Source: Phoronis australis (taxonomy: Eukaryota; Animalia; Phoronida). From it: DNA of 64,000 nt. Location: contig NMRA01000751.1 of assembly GCA_002633005.1 (NCBI GenBank), forward strand, positions 103,666 through 167,665, in the 5' to 3' direction. Each line of letters opens with the position of its first letter. Position 1 is the first letter of the stretch. The notes under the pieces are model-generated. The model had not been told where the DNA came from. It worked only from the letters and a program-made list of their open reading frames with translations, and searched no databases. Of the stretch, positions 14,673-26,779 are shown piece by piece. The position numbers were made by a program, and so were the translations under genes.

Positions 14673-14842
14673 CAGTGGCGGATTTAGAGGGGGGCCAAGG
14701 GGGCCATGCCCCCCCCCCCTAAAACTCTCCCAGATTCCATTTGGCAGTTCGGGGGTGCGCCGTCTGACGGGCAAAATCCTGTCTAATACTCTGCCCTGCC
14801 CTGCCCCCCCCCCCTAAGTAAAAATCCTGGATCCGTCCCAGG
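14673..14842. mobile_element. Short MITE (cagtggcggat... family); related partial copy at about 63351-63600
   Basis: Ends cagtggcggatttag / ctggatccgtccc with G and C runs; the 63351 copy has an internal tandem duplication of about 80 bp. Confidence 0.55.
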
Positions 14843-15494
14843 ACAATCCATGACCGTCTCACAATCTTGATCTATATCCTGCAAGCTATTTCTTTTGAGC
14901 TGCCTAAAAGAGAGTCTACAGCAAGCAAAGAGATTCTGAAGGCAAACAACCCACTGGATATGTGTGAATGAGTTATCATAAACTTGAATGAGAGCTTAGC
15001 AACAACTGTGATTCAGAACCGGCTGTGCATATGGATTGAAAAATGTCATTAATTATTGAATTACCACAAAATAGGTGACTATGACTATCAAAGAAAAATT
15101 TAAAGCTTCTGTGATATATATTTGAACATAAAAATTTGTCTACAATCAGTAACATTTTTGACCCACCCTGTATTAGGAAACAAAGAGCACCAACTAGAGA
15201 TAAAAAGACAATGGCAAATAAGATAACATGCATGGTAACTGCTACCCACTGTTGCAAAACGAATACTTTTCAAACAAATATTTGCAGACAACTGCGACCC
15301 TACCAACAGATAATAGGGTTTTTACCCAGTAATGACTCATGTAATACTTTGTGTAGGGAACATAAATAAAAGTGTTTTGCACCAAATCGAGCTTGACTCC
15401 CCAAGTTGAGTCAAATAACAGTTATCGGATTCAAATGATTAGTGGTGGTTGGTGACCAGCTAAACAGCGAAAATTATATGAGTAGTCAAATTGT

Positions 15495-15667
15495 CTAAGT
15501 AGAAGTATCTGGCCTGGCAGACATTTCTTTAATATCACCGTCCGTCTTTGATTTCGACACAGAAGTTGACTGGATAGTATCATCTTGGCTGGATGTTGAT
15601 GGTGCAAGGGAGAACTTGTTTGAAAAACGGGACAGCATTCCTTCACTGCGGCTCTGAGAGACTGCAC
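15495..15667 (-). CDS. HDAC11: Probable HDAC11 exon 10 (Ser/Thr-rich C-terminal tail)
   Basis: Acceptor cttatttcag, phase 1, compatible with donor c|gtatgt at 18677; encodes (R)AVSQSRSEGMLSRFSNKFSLAPSTSSQDDTIQSTSVSKSKTDGDIKEMSARPDTST*. No recognisable homology; inferred from splice signals and phase only. Confidence 0.55.
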
Positions 15668-17161
15668 CTGAAATAAGCATCACCTAATTGTTGTACGTGG
15701 ACCAATGCAGAAAACTTGTTCCACTAACACATGTTCTAATATATCAAATAAACACAGAAAAATCAGGAACCCCAAAACTGGGAATCGAACCACAGGTCTC
15801 TAGATTGCAATTGACTGGAAGGACCAGAAAAGTGATATGGTGATGCACTGTACTAAATTTGGTTTGCTGGTATTAAAATACTAAAAACCTATAACGAAAT
15901 ATTCTGATAATTTTGTGTGTGACATGAACGCAACCTCATGCATAAGATCCCTCCACAACTTAAGGATATCTTAAACCTTATTCACAAAATTGGCCATTTT
16001 TACAATAATTCACGTGTTTAGCAAAATACCTTATCTTCATTCTCGGGGAACTTCAAATACAAAATATATACCACACAGCAAGAAAAACAGATTTAGCAGA
16101 ACCACCTTGGAACCGCAAAACAGTGTGGGTATTTGTCTACTATTTATCCGAGGTCAAAGGTTATAGGGCGGTCACTCAAATCGAATCTCCGGTACAGAGC
16201 AGCTTCGTATACCCTCAGTCCTTTCATTCACCAAGTCGTCATAATACATAACGCGAAGTTGTCGTGAGGACTCGATTGGGACCTCAGGGGTCTCACGCTC
16301 CACCGGCTAAATTGAAAAGGCTTTGTCCAGTCACGCGTTGTGGGTCATAAATCGAGATAATGATACGAACAGCTGACGCGACAAGCAGAACTACTTTCTT
16401 TTACTTCATTTGTGCACTAACTGGAGAAATTTAGAATTAGACTTTTAAACACTATCCGATCGTCAACTTTTTTCGGGAGACTTAAATCTCAATGTAGTTT
16501 GCGCAAAGACGATGTGCAATTTTTGGAGGTGTATTGACGATGATCAACGTTAAAACGGAGAGNACTGCGGCTCTGAGAGACTGCACCTGAAATAAGCATC
16601 ACCTAATTGTTGTATGTGGATCAATGCAGAAAACTTGTTCCACTAACAGATCTTCTAAATTATATCAAATAAACACAGAAAAATCAGGAACCCCAAATGG
16701 GAATCGAACAACAGGTCTCTAGATTGCAATTGCCTGGAATGACCAGAAAAGTGATATGGTGATGCACTGTACTAAATTTGGTTTGCTGGTATTAAAATAC
16801 TAAAAACCTGTAACAAAATATTCCGATAATTTTTTGTGTGACATGAACGCAACCCCATGCATAAGATCCCTCCACAACTTACGGATATCTCAAACCTTAT
16901 TCACAAAAATTGGCCATTTTTACAATATTTCACGTGTCTAGCAAAATACCTTATCTTCATTCTCGGGGAACTTCAAATACAAAATATATATCACATAGCA
17001 AGAAAAACAGATTTAGCAGAACCACCTTGGGTATTTGGTGTGGGTATTTGTCTACTATTTATCCGAGGTCAAAGGTTATTGGGCGGTCACTCAAATCGAA
17101 TCTCCGGTACAGAGCAGCTTCGTATACCATCAGTCCTTTCATTCACCAAGTCGTCATAATA
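15645..17161 (+). repeat. Near-identical direct duplication of about 600 bp (15645-16246 and 16564-17161)
   Basis: The second copy begins immediately after the N at 16563; scattered substitutions and small indels between copies. Confidence 0.92.
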
Positions 17162-17663
17162 TTGAGCCAATGAGGTGTACTTATGATAGAATGGTGCCGG
17201 GGAAAACAAAGACAAAACGTAGGTTTAATCCTGAGGGAGTTGTGCATCTACATGCACACGACCGTTGGTGTTGAGAACGAATGCTACGAGTCGCCTCAGG
17301 CCTCTGTGGTCACGAACACAGCAACTTGTGAGAAGAGATGAATCCTCATCCAAATTCCTTAAATCAATTAATGAATTGACATTTCGATAATCAATTAATA
17401 AATTGACATTTCGATGTTTCGATCTCCTGCTAACGACATGCTTTAACCATCGATTCGATTTTTGTTATCCATTTCTTACTTGGTTTCATATCAGCCTCCT
17501 GGCATGTGATGTGTACAGGCTATGTGTATGACAATGAAATGTGACAACAGTAACACTTGATCCCAAAGGGGTGTTTTAATGATAATTAAGTTCATTACTT
17601 ACTGCAAATTCAGTTGACATTGCTAGTGAATGTTGAAATAGCTAACAAAGTTAAGGCTTGTAC

Positions 17664-18262
17664 AGGTTATGTTTACCGAAAACAAGTTTTCACTGCAAAA
17701 TTAATCAAAGATTTTGAGATTTTCACTCATCTTAGTTTAATTGGCTTTTTCTTGGCTTCGGCAAATCGACCTTATATAAACTTAGGAACACAAGTTCTCT
17801 AAAACAGCTAGGTGGATTTCGCTGAAACCTTCCAAACTTAATATTTAGTCCTCAATCTCAAAAACGCTGTTAAGATTTTCGATATAAAGGCCTAGTTTTT
17901 GCGTAATGTAACAAAGACGAATACGACTTCTATTTTTCACAAAAATACATTACGCTTTGAGAGTTGATTTGTCATAAAAAAGACTAATAAAGAATTGCTA
18001 AGTGTTTTTTAGGTAATTGGTGAAGTTTTCATTTAAACAAGGTTTCATTAAAATTGACCAAAGAAATATTTTGCTATGAATGTACCTTTCTTAAAAATGA
18101 AACTTTGACTTAAAAAAGGTGTTTACATAATAATAATGATAATGTTACATGAATACAAAAAAATTATATTCCCAGATCCTTCTTCTTCCAGAAAATATAT
18201 ACTTTTACTAAGATGACAAACTAGTTAGAATGGAGGCCACTAAATAAAGTTTGAGATAACCT
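17664..18262. mobile_element. Non-autonomous DNA-transposon-like repeat (family also at about 455-798)
   Basis: aggttat...ataacct ends; 17950-18262 is clearly similar to 455-798 (ttttgctatgaatgtacctttcttaaaaat...tttgacttaaaa). Confidence 0.6.
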
Positions 18263-18665
18263 TAAGCTAAGCTGAATAATGGTAGAATGGTCATTTTCAT
18301 AACACCGGTAAAAAGATTTACTTAGCTCAAGGCGAAGTGCAGTTTTTAATGGCAATAATGTTGTGTCAGATTTTATTTGGGCAGTTTTTTAGCCACATTG
18401 GTGCAAACTTGTATATTCAATATACATTTGAGTATGAATGTGAATAGGAAGAAGATATTGCTAGATGTTTTACAAATTTTTTTCATAAAATGAATCATGA
18501 CCTGTGGGTCAAGAGAAAGAAGTCTGCAATGTGAACTATGCGGACAGTAACTCTTTCAGGTAAAACCTGAATTTTCATGCGTTTTAATAGCCTCAATCAA
18601 TAAATAAACCTGATAAAACAAGCAATAAGGTGCACAAGAAACAATGAATTTCAATTATTTTTTTT

Positions 18666-18851
18666 TCAATACATACGCATGGCTTCCTCAGCCTGATCAC
18701 AGTCAATCAACTTGAGACTATGCAGATTCAATATAGAGTCAGCTATGATCCTCGCTGTTGACCGCTGGTACCCCCCACTGGTCACCATCAAAATAGGTAT
18801 GTTCCTCGACCGAGCCTTCTCAAACACTATTTGATCACGCTCAATGACACC
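18666..18851 (-). CDS. HDAC11: HDAC11 exon 9 (reads to TGA at 18666, or is spliced at an internal donor after 18677)
   Basis: tttcag|GVIERDQIVFEKARSRNIPILMVTSGGYQRSTARIIADSILNLHSLKLIDCDQAEEAMRMY*; SGGY catalytic tyrosine motif. Summed CDS is 343 aa if it ends here. Confidence 0.93.
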   Translation of the reverse strand, partial: GVIERDQIVFEKARSRNIPILMVTSGGYQRSTARIIADSILNLHSLKLIDCDQAEEAMRMY

Positions 18852-19541
18852 CTGAAAATGTTCATTAGAAAAAAAGATAATGCAAAGAAAATCCACTTAG
18901 AGTTTATACATAATGAAAAAAATTATCGCACAAGTGTCTACATTGATGCCCACAGATTTTGTAGTTCCGATTTACGACTTCATGTGGCGCCACCTCTAAT
19001 GGACATTTACCAACTCCCAAAAGTTAACATTCTTCACTTTTTCGTCATTGAGAGCAAAAGAATACATGGATAATCATGAAATCATTGACGGCATAATTCG
19101 CCAAATAATTGAAAGGCACGGCCTGAATAAGTTGAAAGCAAAGTGTAGATTAAGTTAACTTTTACCTGAATTAATACATTGCTATATAGCAGAGCCAGAC
19201 ATCATGGCATTTACAGGGTTTATGCTGCATAACCAAATCATAAGCACCACGATAATGCATTGCTACAGAATCTAAAATTTAGTTAAAATGACAAAAACTT
19301 CAATGGAGAATGACAGTCACCCAGCTATGGGCAAGACATTGTAACTTCAAAGAATGAACGACAACATTTTTAGTGTCTGATATCCACCTCTCAACAACAA
19401 CAATTGTACAGTCAGAAAACAGCACCGATCATTCATCATATAGCTGTTGACTATTTTCGTTACCAAGAAGTAAACCAAGAATCTCATGCTTGACAAATCT
19501 TTGTTCATTTGTAATTTGCTTTAGTGGCAAAGAAATTCTAC

Positions 19542-19650
19542 CTGAGGAGAAATTGAAAGACATCCCAGAGAGTCACCTTCCAGAATATCCGTACCCGCAT
19601 TGTACACAATAGCATCAGGCGAGAACTCGTTCAGAGCTCCTTCAACATGT
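19542..19650 (-). CDS. HDAC11: HDAC11 exon 8
   Basis: ttgcag|HVEGALNEFSPDAIVYNAGTDILEGDSLGCLSISPQ|gtagaa; 109 nt; YNAGTD zinc-ligand motif. Confidence 0.95.
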
Positions 19651-20354
19651 CTGCAATCATTGAAAATAATAGCAATGCAACAACTTAAAATGAAGAAATC
19701 TGATCGGTTAACCAAGTTAACATTCAACATCACATTCAGTTAAAAATCACCACCAATTCTAAAGCAAAATTCCAGAATTTCCCACATGGTTCATTTTGCT
19801 GTCTTTTACGTTATTCTTGAATTTGGGATGGCCACTATAATTGCATCTTTCTAAAATTTGGTATGAACTCTGACCTTGAGCAAAGTAATTATTAAATTTC
19901 ACTGACCCAAACTGGAGAATGTTTACTGTATGTGGGAGCATGCAAAAGGTGTTTTTTTGTGGAGATCAACAAATTTTTTACAAAAACAGTGTTTTTGCAC
20001 GAAACTTGAAAATTCTGTTTCTTTATTCAATTAGCTCCAAAAGAGGTGCAAGATTTTCTTTGAAGTCTCTTTGAGCAGATAGCTTGGCTGTCAAAAATCG
20101 AGACTACCGTTTTTTCAACGAAAGCTGACGGCTTCATTTTGAGAATGAAGTTCTCAGGCTAAATGCCATTAATAAAGGAAAATCACAGAGACGGTTTTGT
20201 AGCCAGTAGAATAAAGAAAAAGAATTTGCAAGTTTCATGGGAAAAATCAATGTTTCTGAAAATTATGGCCATCTTCATGCAAAGTGCAGTCAGATGATTA
20301 AGAACATCCATGCACATAAAATATTCTGCAATCATTAACAATTTTAAAAATATA

Positions 20355-21613
20355 CGAGGGTCGTTCAATAAGTTCTCGACCTCACCCAGAAAGCAACCAA
20401 TTTCGACTTTCATTTTTTCAATATAATCTCCCGTTACATCAATGCATTTCTTCCATCTGTGCTTCAGTTTTGCAATGCCTTCGTAAAAGAAACTTTTGTC
20501 GAGCCCCTAAAAATACTCCTCCACTGCACTCATGACGTCATCATCACTAACACACTGGCGTCCATGCAGTTAGGCCTTCAAATGTGGAAACAAATAAAAA
20601 TCAGACAGGGCCAGGTCTGGAAAATAAGCAGGGAAGGATTTCAAAGCCATATCTAGTTGCTTCAGACACTGTAAATTGGGCAGTATGGGCAGGTGCGTTG
20701 TTTTATTGCGACAGCACTCCATCCCAAAACTTCCCGTGTCTCTTTTCCTTGATTGCTTTTTGAGTTTTTCCCAAAGTGATGCACAGTAATTCCCAGTAAC
20801 AGTGTGTCTTCGTTGCAAGTAGTCGATCATCAGAATACCTTCGCTGTCCCAGAACACAGAGGCATCCAACTTGAACTTTCTCAGGCTTGGGGAACCCATG
20901 TGCTTCCATTGTTTACTTTGGTGTTTTGATTCCGGGTCAAATTGGTGGACCCATGTCTCATCCTGGGTTACAACTCTTCCAGAAAATTTGGCTGGATCTG
21001 CTTGGAATCTTCCAAGAAGTTACTTTGAAATTTGCATTCTGCTCATTTTCTGATCCTGAGTTAACATTCTTGGCACCCATCGTGCACTCAGCTTACTAAT
21101 ACCCAAATCTTCACTCAAAACTTTAGAGACGGACCCATTGATGACGCGAACAGTGTTTGCCAAATGTTGAACAGTCATTCACCTGTTTTTTATAATCATT
21201 GCATGAATTTTCTGCACATTTTCACTAGATGTCGACGATTTGGACGTCCTAGACGAGGGTCATCTTCAACGCTTTCTCTACCCCTCTTGAAACAAGCTGA
21301 CCACTTTTTTACTGTGGAGTAGCTCGAGGAGTCTGTTCTGAGTGTTTGTTTGGATCTCTTCATGAATATCTTTTGGTTTCATTAATTTTTTTACCTAAAT
21401 ACTTTATGACGGCTCTCGTCTCCATTATCTCCATGCTGCTAAATGTGTTGTCGTCTGCTCTTTTGAAGCAGCGCCACCTAGCGGCAGTTGACCATACTAA
21501 TTCAGCATGAACGCAGTACTGTTATAACAGATGAAATTTTACTATGGTGTGAAAAAAATTAACCTGTGTCCCTGTTTTCTTGGTGAGGCCGGGAACTTAT
21601 TGAACGACCCTCG
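20355..21613 (-). mobile_element. Mariner DNA transposon, full length, transposase decayed
   Basis: TIRs CGAGGGTCGTTCAATAAGTTC at both ends with flanking TA; about 1.26 kb; frameshifted transposase pieces WVHQFDPESK, ASVFWDSEGILMIDYL and PDLALSDFYLFPHLK. Confidence 0.93.
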
Positions 21614-21772
21614 TATAGTTTTATTGTTAATGTACTATCAAGACCATAAAGTGGTTTAAGAAATTCATTACTTGGTAACTAAGGTATCCTATCGCTAACA
21701 ACCAAGGAACAAAAAACTACAAAATATTTTTTACAAATTTTGGTTATGTGATTACGGAGTTCTGTAACATAC

Positions 21773-21842
21773 TTTCGTACAAGCTTTAGGTATTCTCTGT
21801 CCTCTGTATAAAATTCAAGCTCTATCTTTCGTTTAATTGCTC
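21773..21842 (-). CDS. HDAC11: HDAC11 exon 7
   Basis: tttcag|(R)AIKRKIELEFYTEDREYLKLVR(K)|gtatgt; 70 nt; phases match both neighbouring exons. Confidence 0.92.
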
Positions 21843-22100
21843 CTGAAATTGGAATTATGGCTTATTAGCACACACTCAACAAAACTGCATAACATAAATT
21901 TGATTCAAATATTTTCATTTATCCATCAATTTAATTTTACCCAAAGATAAGTGGGAATACATTAGCCTGATTATGTTTCCTGGTGGCCATGCGCCAAAGC
22001 CAACAGTTATCCACAAATCGGATCATGACTTATCTCCTTAGGGGCATAGCAAACTCCTTAGCAAACACTTTGATAAATAATGAAACATATTCATTTGACT

Positions 22101-23687
22101 GAATATAAATCGGTAAATAAAACAACAAGAATGGATCAACTGAAATTTGAAATTTTCGGAGGTAATATTCCTCAACATGAAGGCATAGAAGCCTGTACCA
22201 AGTTTCTTAGTCAACGTAATAATCCTAATGTACCTACATCTTTTATTCGCTCTCTTCTTGAACATGTACTTACCATGAATCATTTTACCTTTAATAATAA
22301 TCACTATCTCCAAATATTAGGCACAGCCATGGGAACTAGGGTTGCTCCTACCTTTGCTAACCTCTTTATGGGAAATCTTGAAAACAGCTTCATCAAATCC
22401 TGCTCTGAAAAACCCCTTCTCTGGCTAAGATACATTGATGACATTTTTATGATATGGACCCATGGTCCACAAAAATTAGATGTATTTTTAGAAAATATTA
22501 ACAAATTTCACCCTACTATAAAGTTCACTCATGACATTTCTCAAAATAAAGTCTCATTTTTAGATGTAACTGTCACTCTTAATAATGATAAACTAGAAAC
22601 TGACTTATTCTGTAAAGAAACTGACAAACACCAGTATCTGTCATATCACTCGTGTCATCCCTTTCATTGCAAGAAAAGCCTTCCATATAGCCTTGCCCTA
22701 AGAATTCGACGCATTTGTTCAGAAGAAACTTCCTTTAATAACCGTTTAAAAGAACTCAAGTACTATCTAATTCAACGTCATTTCCCCTTACATCTTATAC
22801 ACAAACAGTTTGACAAAGTCCGCTCAATTACTCGAAATGAATCTTTAAGAACTAAAACTAAAGGCAATACTACTAATAGAATACCTTTCATAACTATGTT
22901 CAATCCATGTTTAAACGGAATTAGCCACGTCTTCAAAAAACATCTTTCTACACTGCATATTTCCCCTCAAATGAAAAACCTATTTCCTCATCCCCCTATA
23001 ATTTCTTGGAGAAAATGTAAAAATCTAAAAAATTATTTAGTTAAAGCTAATATCGACAATATACACCAAACTGACAAACCTATTGGCAACACACAATGTA
23101 ACAAAACTAGGTGTAAAATGTGTAACTTCATCAACGATAGCACTTTTTTCCAGTCTTCCCAAACCAATGAAAACTTTGAAATAAAACATTATTCTGATTG
23201 CACCACCAACAATATTATTTACCTTATAACTTGTAAAAAATGTTCTATCCAATACGTAGGACAAACTCAACATAATCTACAAACTCGGTTTCGTAATCAT
23301 AGATTTAACATAATACATAAAAACATTTCTGATACTGTAGGTAATCATTTCAATTCCAAAAACCATAATATTCAAGATCTTTCTGTACAAATAATAGAAA
23401 AACTCCAACACCCCAGTACCCCTCACAGACTTAAAAGAGAACAATATTGGATAGACAAACTGAATACAATAGAACCTCATGGATTGAACATAAAAACTTA
23501 AAATATGTCATTGAATTTTTTACGCAAAAATGTATCATTTTCATTACACCATATCTTATATGTCAATTGTCATTTCGTGTTTGATTTTACTTTATTTCTG
23601 TTTTTGTTGATAAAGGAAGTTGTTACCTCCGAAAATTTCAAATTTCAGTTGATCCATTCTTGTTGTTTTATTTACCGATTTATATTC
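22101..23687 (+). mobile_element. Penelope-like retroelement, 5'-truncated, with an inverted terminal repeat
   Basis: Uninterrupted ORF to 23501 with RT motifs (GTAMG, RYIDDIF), a Cys-rich linker (CNKTRCKMC) and a GIY-YIG nuclease (IIYLITCKKCSIQYVGQT...RFRNH); 65-bp inverted repeat 22101-22165 / 23623-23687; imperfect flanking duplication ttcatttgact / ttcatttcacg. Confidence 0.93.
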
Positions 23688-23777
23688 TTCATTTCACGAA
23701 ACAATAGTATCCTTGGGAGGATCTGGATCGCCTTATTTAGTTTCAGATATATTTTCTACATTTGACTGAGAGATACA

Positions 23778-25079
23778 TAATATTGAAAAGTTCTTCAGGC
23801 ATACAAAATCGATGAAATACACACCAGTTAACCTTTTTGGCTATGGGTTCTACAGCCTTTGTCAAACTAATATTGTCGTGAGTGGGTTGGACACGTGACG
23901 TGATCGTTATGGACTGGGGAAATCTGTCGGTCGTCTTGTCTGCTTGTAGTACATTGCAATGGCGTAGATATATGCGCACATGGAGTTGTAATTAACATAT
24001 ACCATGACTCTGGATACAATTTAGTCAACAAATACCTTGAACATATCCATGAAAATCTCGCGATTCGCTCGAATATCTCTCACTGGCGCCATTTTTAGGA
24101 AGTTACGTGAAATCACGCCTGTTGACAAACAAAAAGTCCAAGGGACACAAATCTTACAAATTTCACTAGATATCTTCCCATGCTATTTTGCAAGTGTCAC
24201 GCCCCAGGTCACGCGCTTCACTCATTCTCACGTCAGCCTTTGCCTCATACTCACCTGACTCAGTTGAATTATCATCGCGCTCACGGTGAAAAAATTAACG
24301 GTAACCAAAAAGTGGAGTTGTAATTCTTCGCCAAAGTAACCTGAATTCTTGTAGCTATGCTTCATCGAAGATATGTTTAAAATCAGAAAGGATCACTGAA
24401 GAAAGTAAGCACCTTTTTAAGTGATAGTTTTAAGTGTAGAATGTATTTTCGATGAGGTGAAAACTCTTAATCAGTGGGCGGATTTCACCTACCGCCCGTT
24501 TAAAATATACGGGAAGAAATTAGTACAGAACGCGATTTGCGTATTGTAGCGCAAACCTGAATTACATTTCCCACAACAGCTTGTTTGGAATTTTTCACAC
24601 TAAAAGATTAAAAACTCGAACTAAACTGAACAGAATACACTCTGCTACCGTATTGGGCAAATGGCCAAATGACAAGATTTTGCCCTACTTTCGGTGACGT
24701 CATAGGTAAGTCTTACAGAATCTCGCATTATTGTTATTAACTCGTAAAGGGACCATTGTCCGCCCAATCAATGTGAGTTATTTTAATATTTGTTCTGTAA
24801 TCATTATTTATTTATTTATTTGTTTATGTGTTTTACTTCACACCTGCACACCAGAAGAAAGGAGGCTGTTCCGAAATTATGTACGTCCCAGTATCAAGCT
24901 TGGTAACAAAAAGTCTTTTCGTGTCTTTAACAAACTAATCATTAATACTAAGATTTCTGGGTAAATAAATATATTGACTCCAAAAATCATTAGTTTGACA
25001 AAGGCTGTAGAACCCATAGCAAAAAAAATGTTAACTGGTATATAACTCACTGACTGTGTATGAATATCTTTTCAATATT
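23778..25079. mobile_element. Non-autonomous element with inverted ends of about 90 bp
   Basis: ccagttaac...gctatgggttctacagcctttgtcaaacta (about 23824-23869) is inverted at about 24991-25038; the interior is similar to 43110-43730 (gaacatatccatgaaaa, aagtccaagggacacaaatcttacaa). Confidence 0.65.
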
Positions 25080-26169
25080 GAATTCAATTTAATAATTAAC
25101 CAGCCCTTATTTGGGTGATAAAACAGATAAAAAGAAACAATCAGTTCATTTGACTAACAACCGTGTGACGACAGGTACATGAATCAAAAAGAATGGTGAA
25201 AATTTCGTCAGATAAATATAAAAATTGATTCGCCTCATAGGCTAAGTGAGTAACGGGATTATTTGCCTAACCATCACTCTACAAATGGCCCCCGATTGGG
25301 CAAAACCATTGGTTTCACAAAGAGGCTGAAATAAAAATGTGTGGATAAGACAGAGTAGTTGTAACTATGCGAAATGAGAAAAGACATCTCAAGTACATTT
25401 TTATCTGGCAATCAAGTCTCATCAAGTGTTATGCTGTATCACTATATTTACATGCAATTGTTGCCAATGTCAGAAAAAGTAAGTTCCTCAACACTTTAAG
25501 TAGTACACAATTATTGTACTCGGGGTAATTCAATTTTTTGAACGAGATGCATTATTTCAGATTAGAACAAATAACAGCATATACATATATGTGTTTCACA
25601 CCTGCATCCACTCATCGAATTCATATCGCATCTTATCGCAATATTTTCTTGTAATGAATTATAATGAAATAAAAGCATCTTTAAAAACACATGAGCCAAT
25701 CTTTTGACAAACTGGTCCACTTTCTCGTTTTCAGTGACTGTAAATATATTTATCTAAATTATACTACTTCTTAAGGGATTTTCTGAAGATTTCAATTGGC
25801 CTTGCATTTTTAAGATGTTTGTAAGTATGGTATTTGGCCAATATCGAGACTAAATTTAAATCTGGTGGTTCCGCTTGTCCTAAGATGACTTTGTTAATCT
25901 AATATCAAATTCATATTAGCTGGCAAGCACCAACTACCAAGTTGAACACTGAACCAAAATGAGCTTGTAAAAAGCAATTAACATAACAAACAAAGGTAAC
26001 AATGATTCAGGAATCAAACCACCCACAAGATGTGCACGACAGGGACCGATAGATCCCGATTTTAAACAGGTAGGAAATTGTTAGTGTCCAAATAATATTT
26101 TAAGATTATAAGCTACCAGCGGTATAGGTGACATAGGTGGCTAGCAATGAACTGGGATGTTCAACTTAC

Positions 26170-26266
26170 TTTTAGCAAAACCATCATGTGGATAGATTCC
26201 CCTATTGTACACATCCAAGATGTAAACTCGCTCATCATTCATGAAATCTCGCTCATGACCATTTCC
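26170..26266 (-). CDS. HDAC11: HDAC11 exon 6
   Basis: tttcag|GNGHERDFMNDERVYILDVYNRGIYPHDGFAK|gtaagt; 97 nt. Confidence 0.95.
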
Positions 26267-26779
26267 CTGAAAAAAAGAATACAGCAAAACATTTTAGGAA
26301 ACAAAACACTGATGCACGAATGGCCCAAAACAATATATTTGCAATTTTCTTCATTTTATTGACTATTCCACAACCTTAACTTGCGTTTTAATTGGTCAAA
26401 ATGATATAATTGAACTTTTGAAATGACCAAACGAATACACAAATCTCAAGTTCATATACTCATCAAATCATACTGCTCTCACCATTGCAGAATGCCTCTA
26501 AAATTTAACAATATCACAAAATGCAATAACTGTTACATTTTACATTCATTATTACATTTTAGGTTGCTAGGCCGCTCCTAAAATGTAGCAAGTTGTTACA
26601 TGAGATGTAAGTCACAAGTAAAAGATTACAGTCTGAACTCAGTTCTCCGTGGCAAACAATACCGTGCTTGACGATAGTTCAGAAATAATCAATTTTTGAA
26701 TTGGCGTACGCCTAAATAAGATTTTAAATCTCAACCTCCTCGTTTCCAAAAAATAGTCCTACTCTGCATCCACACCAAT

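Noticed and set aside
22080-23501. 473-aa ORF as a host gene or a novel RT system
   Set aside because: RT plus GIY-YIG with an inverted terminal repeat is a standard Penelope-like element; the N-terminal 29 residues derive from flank and inverted repeat.
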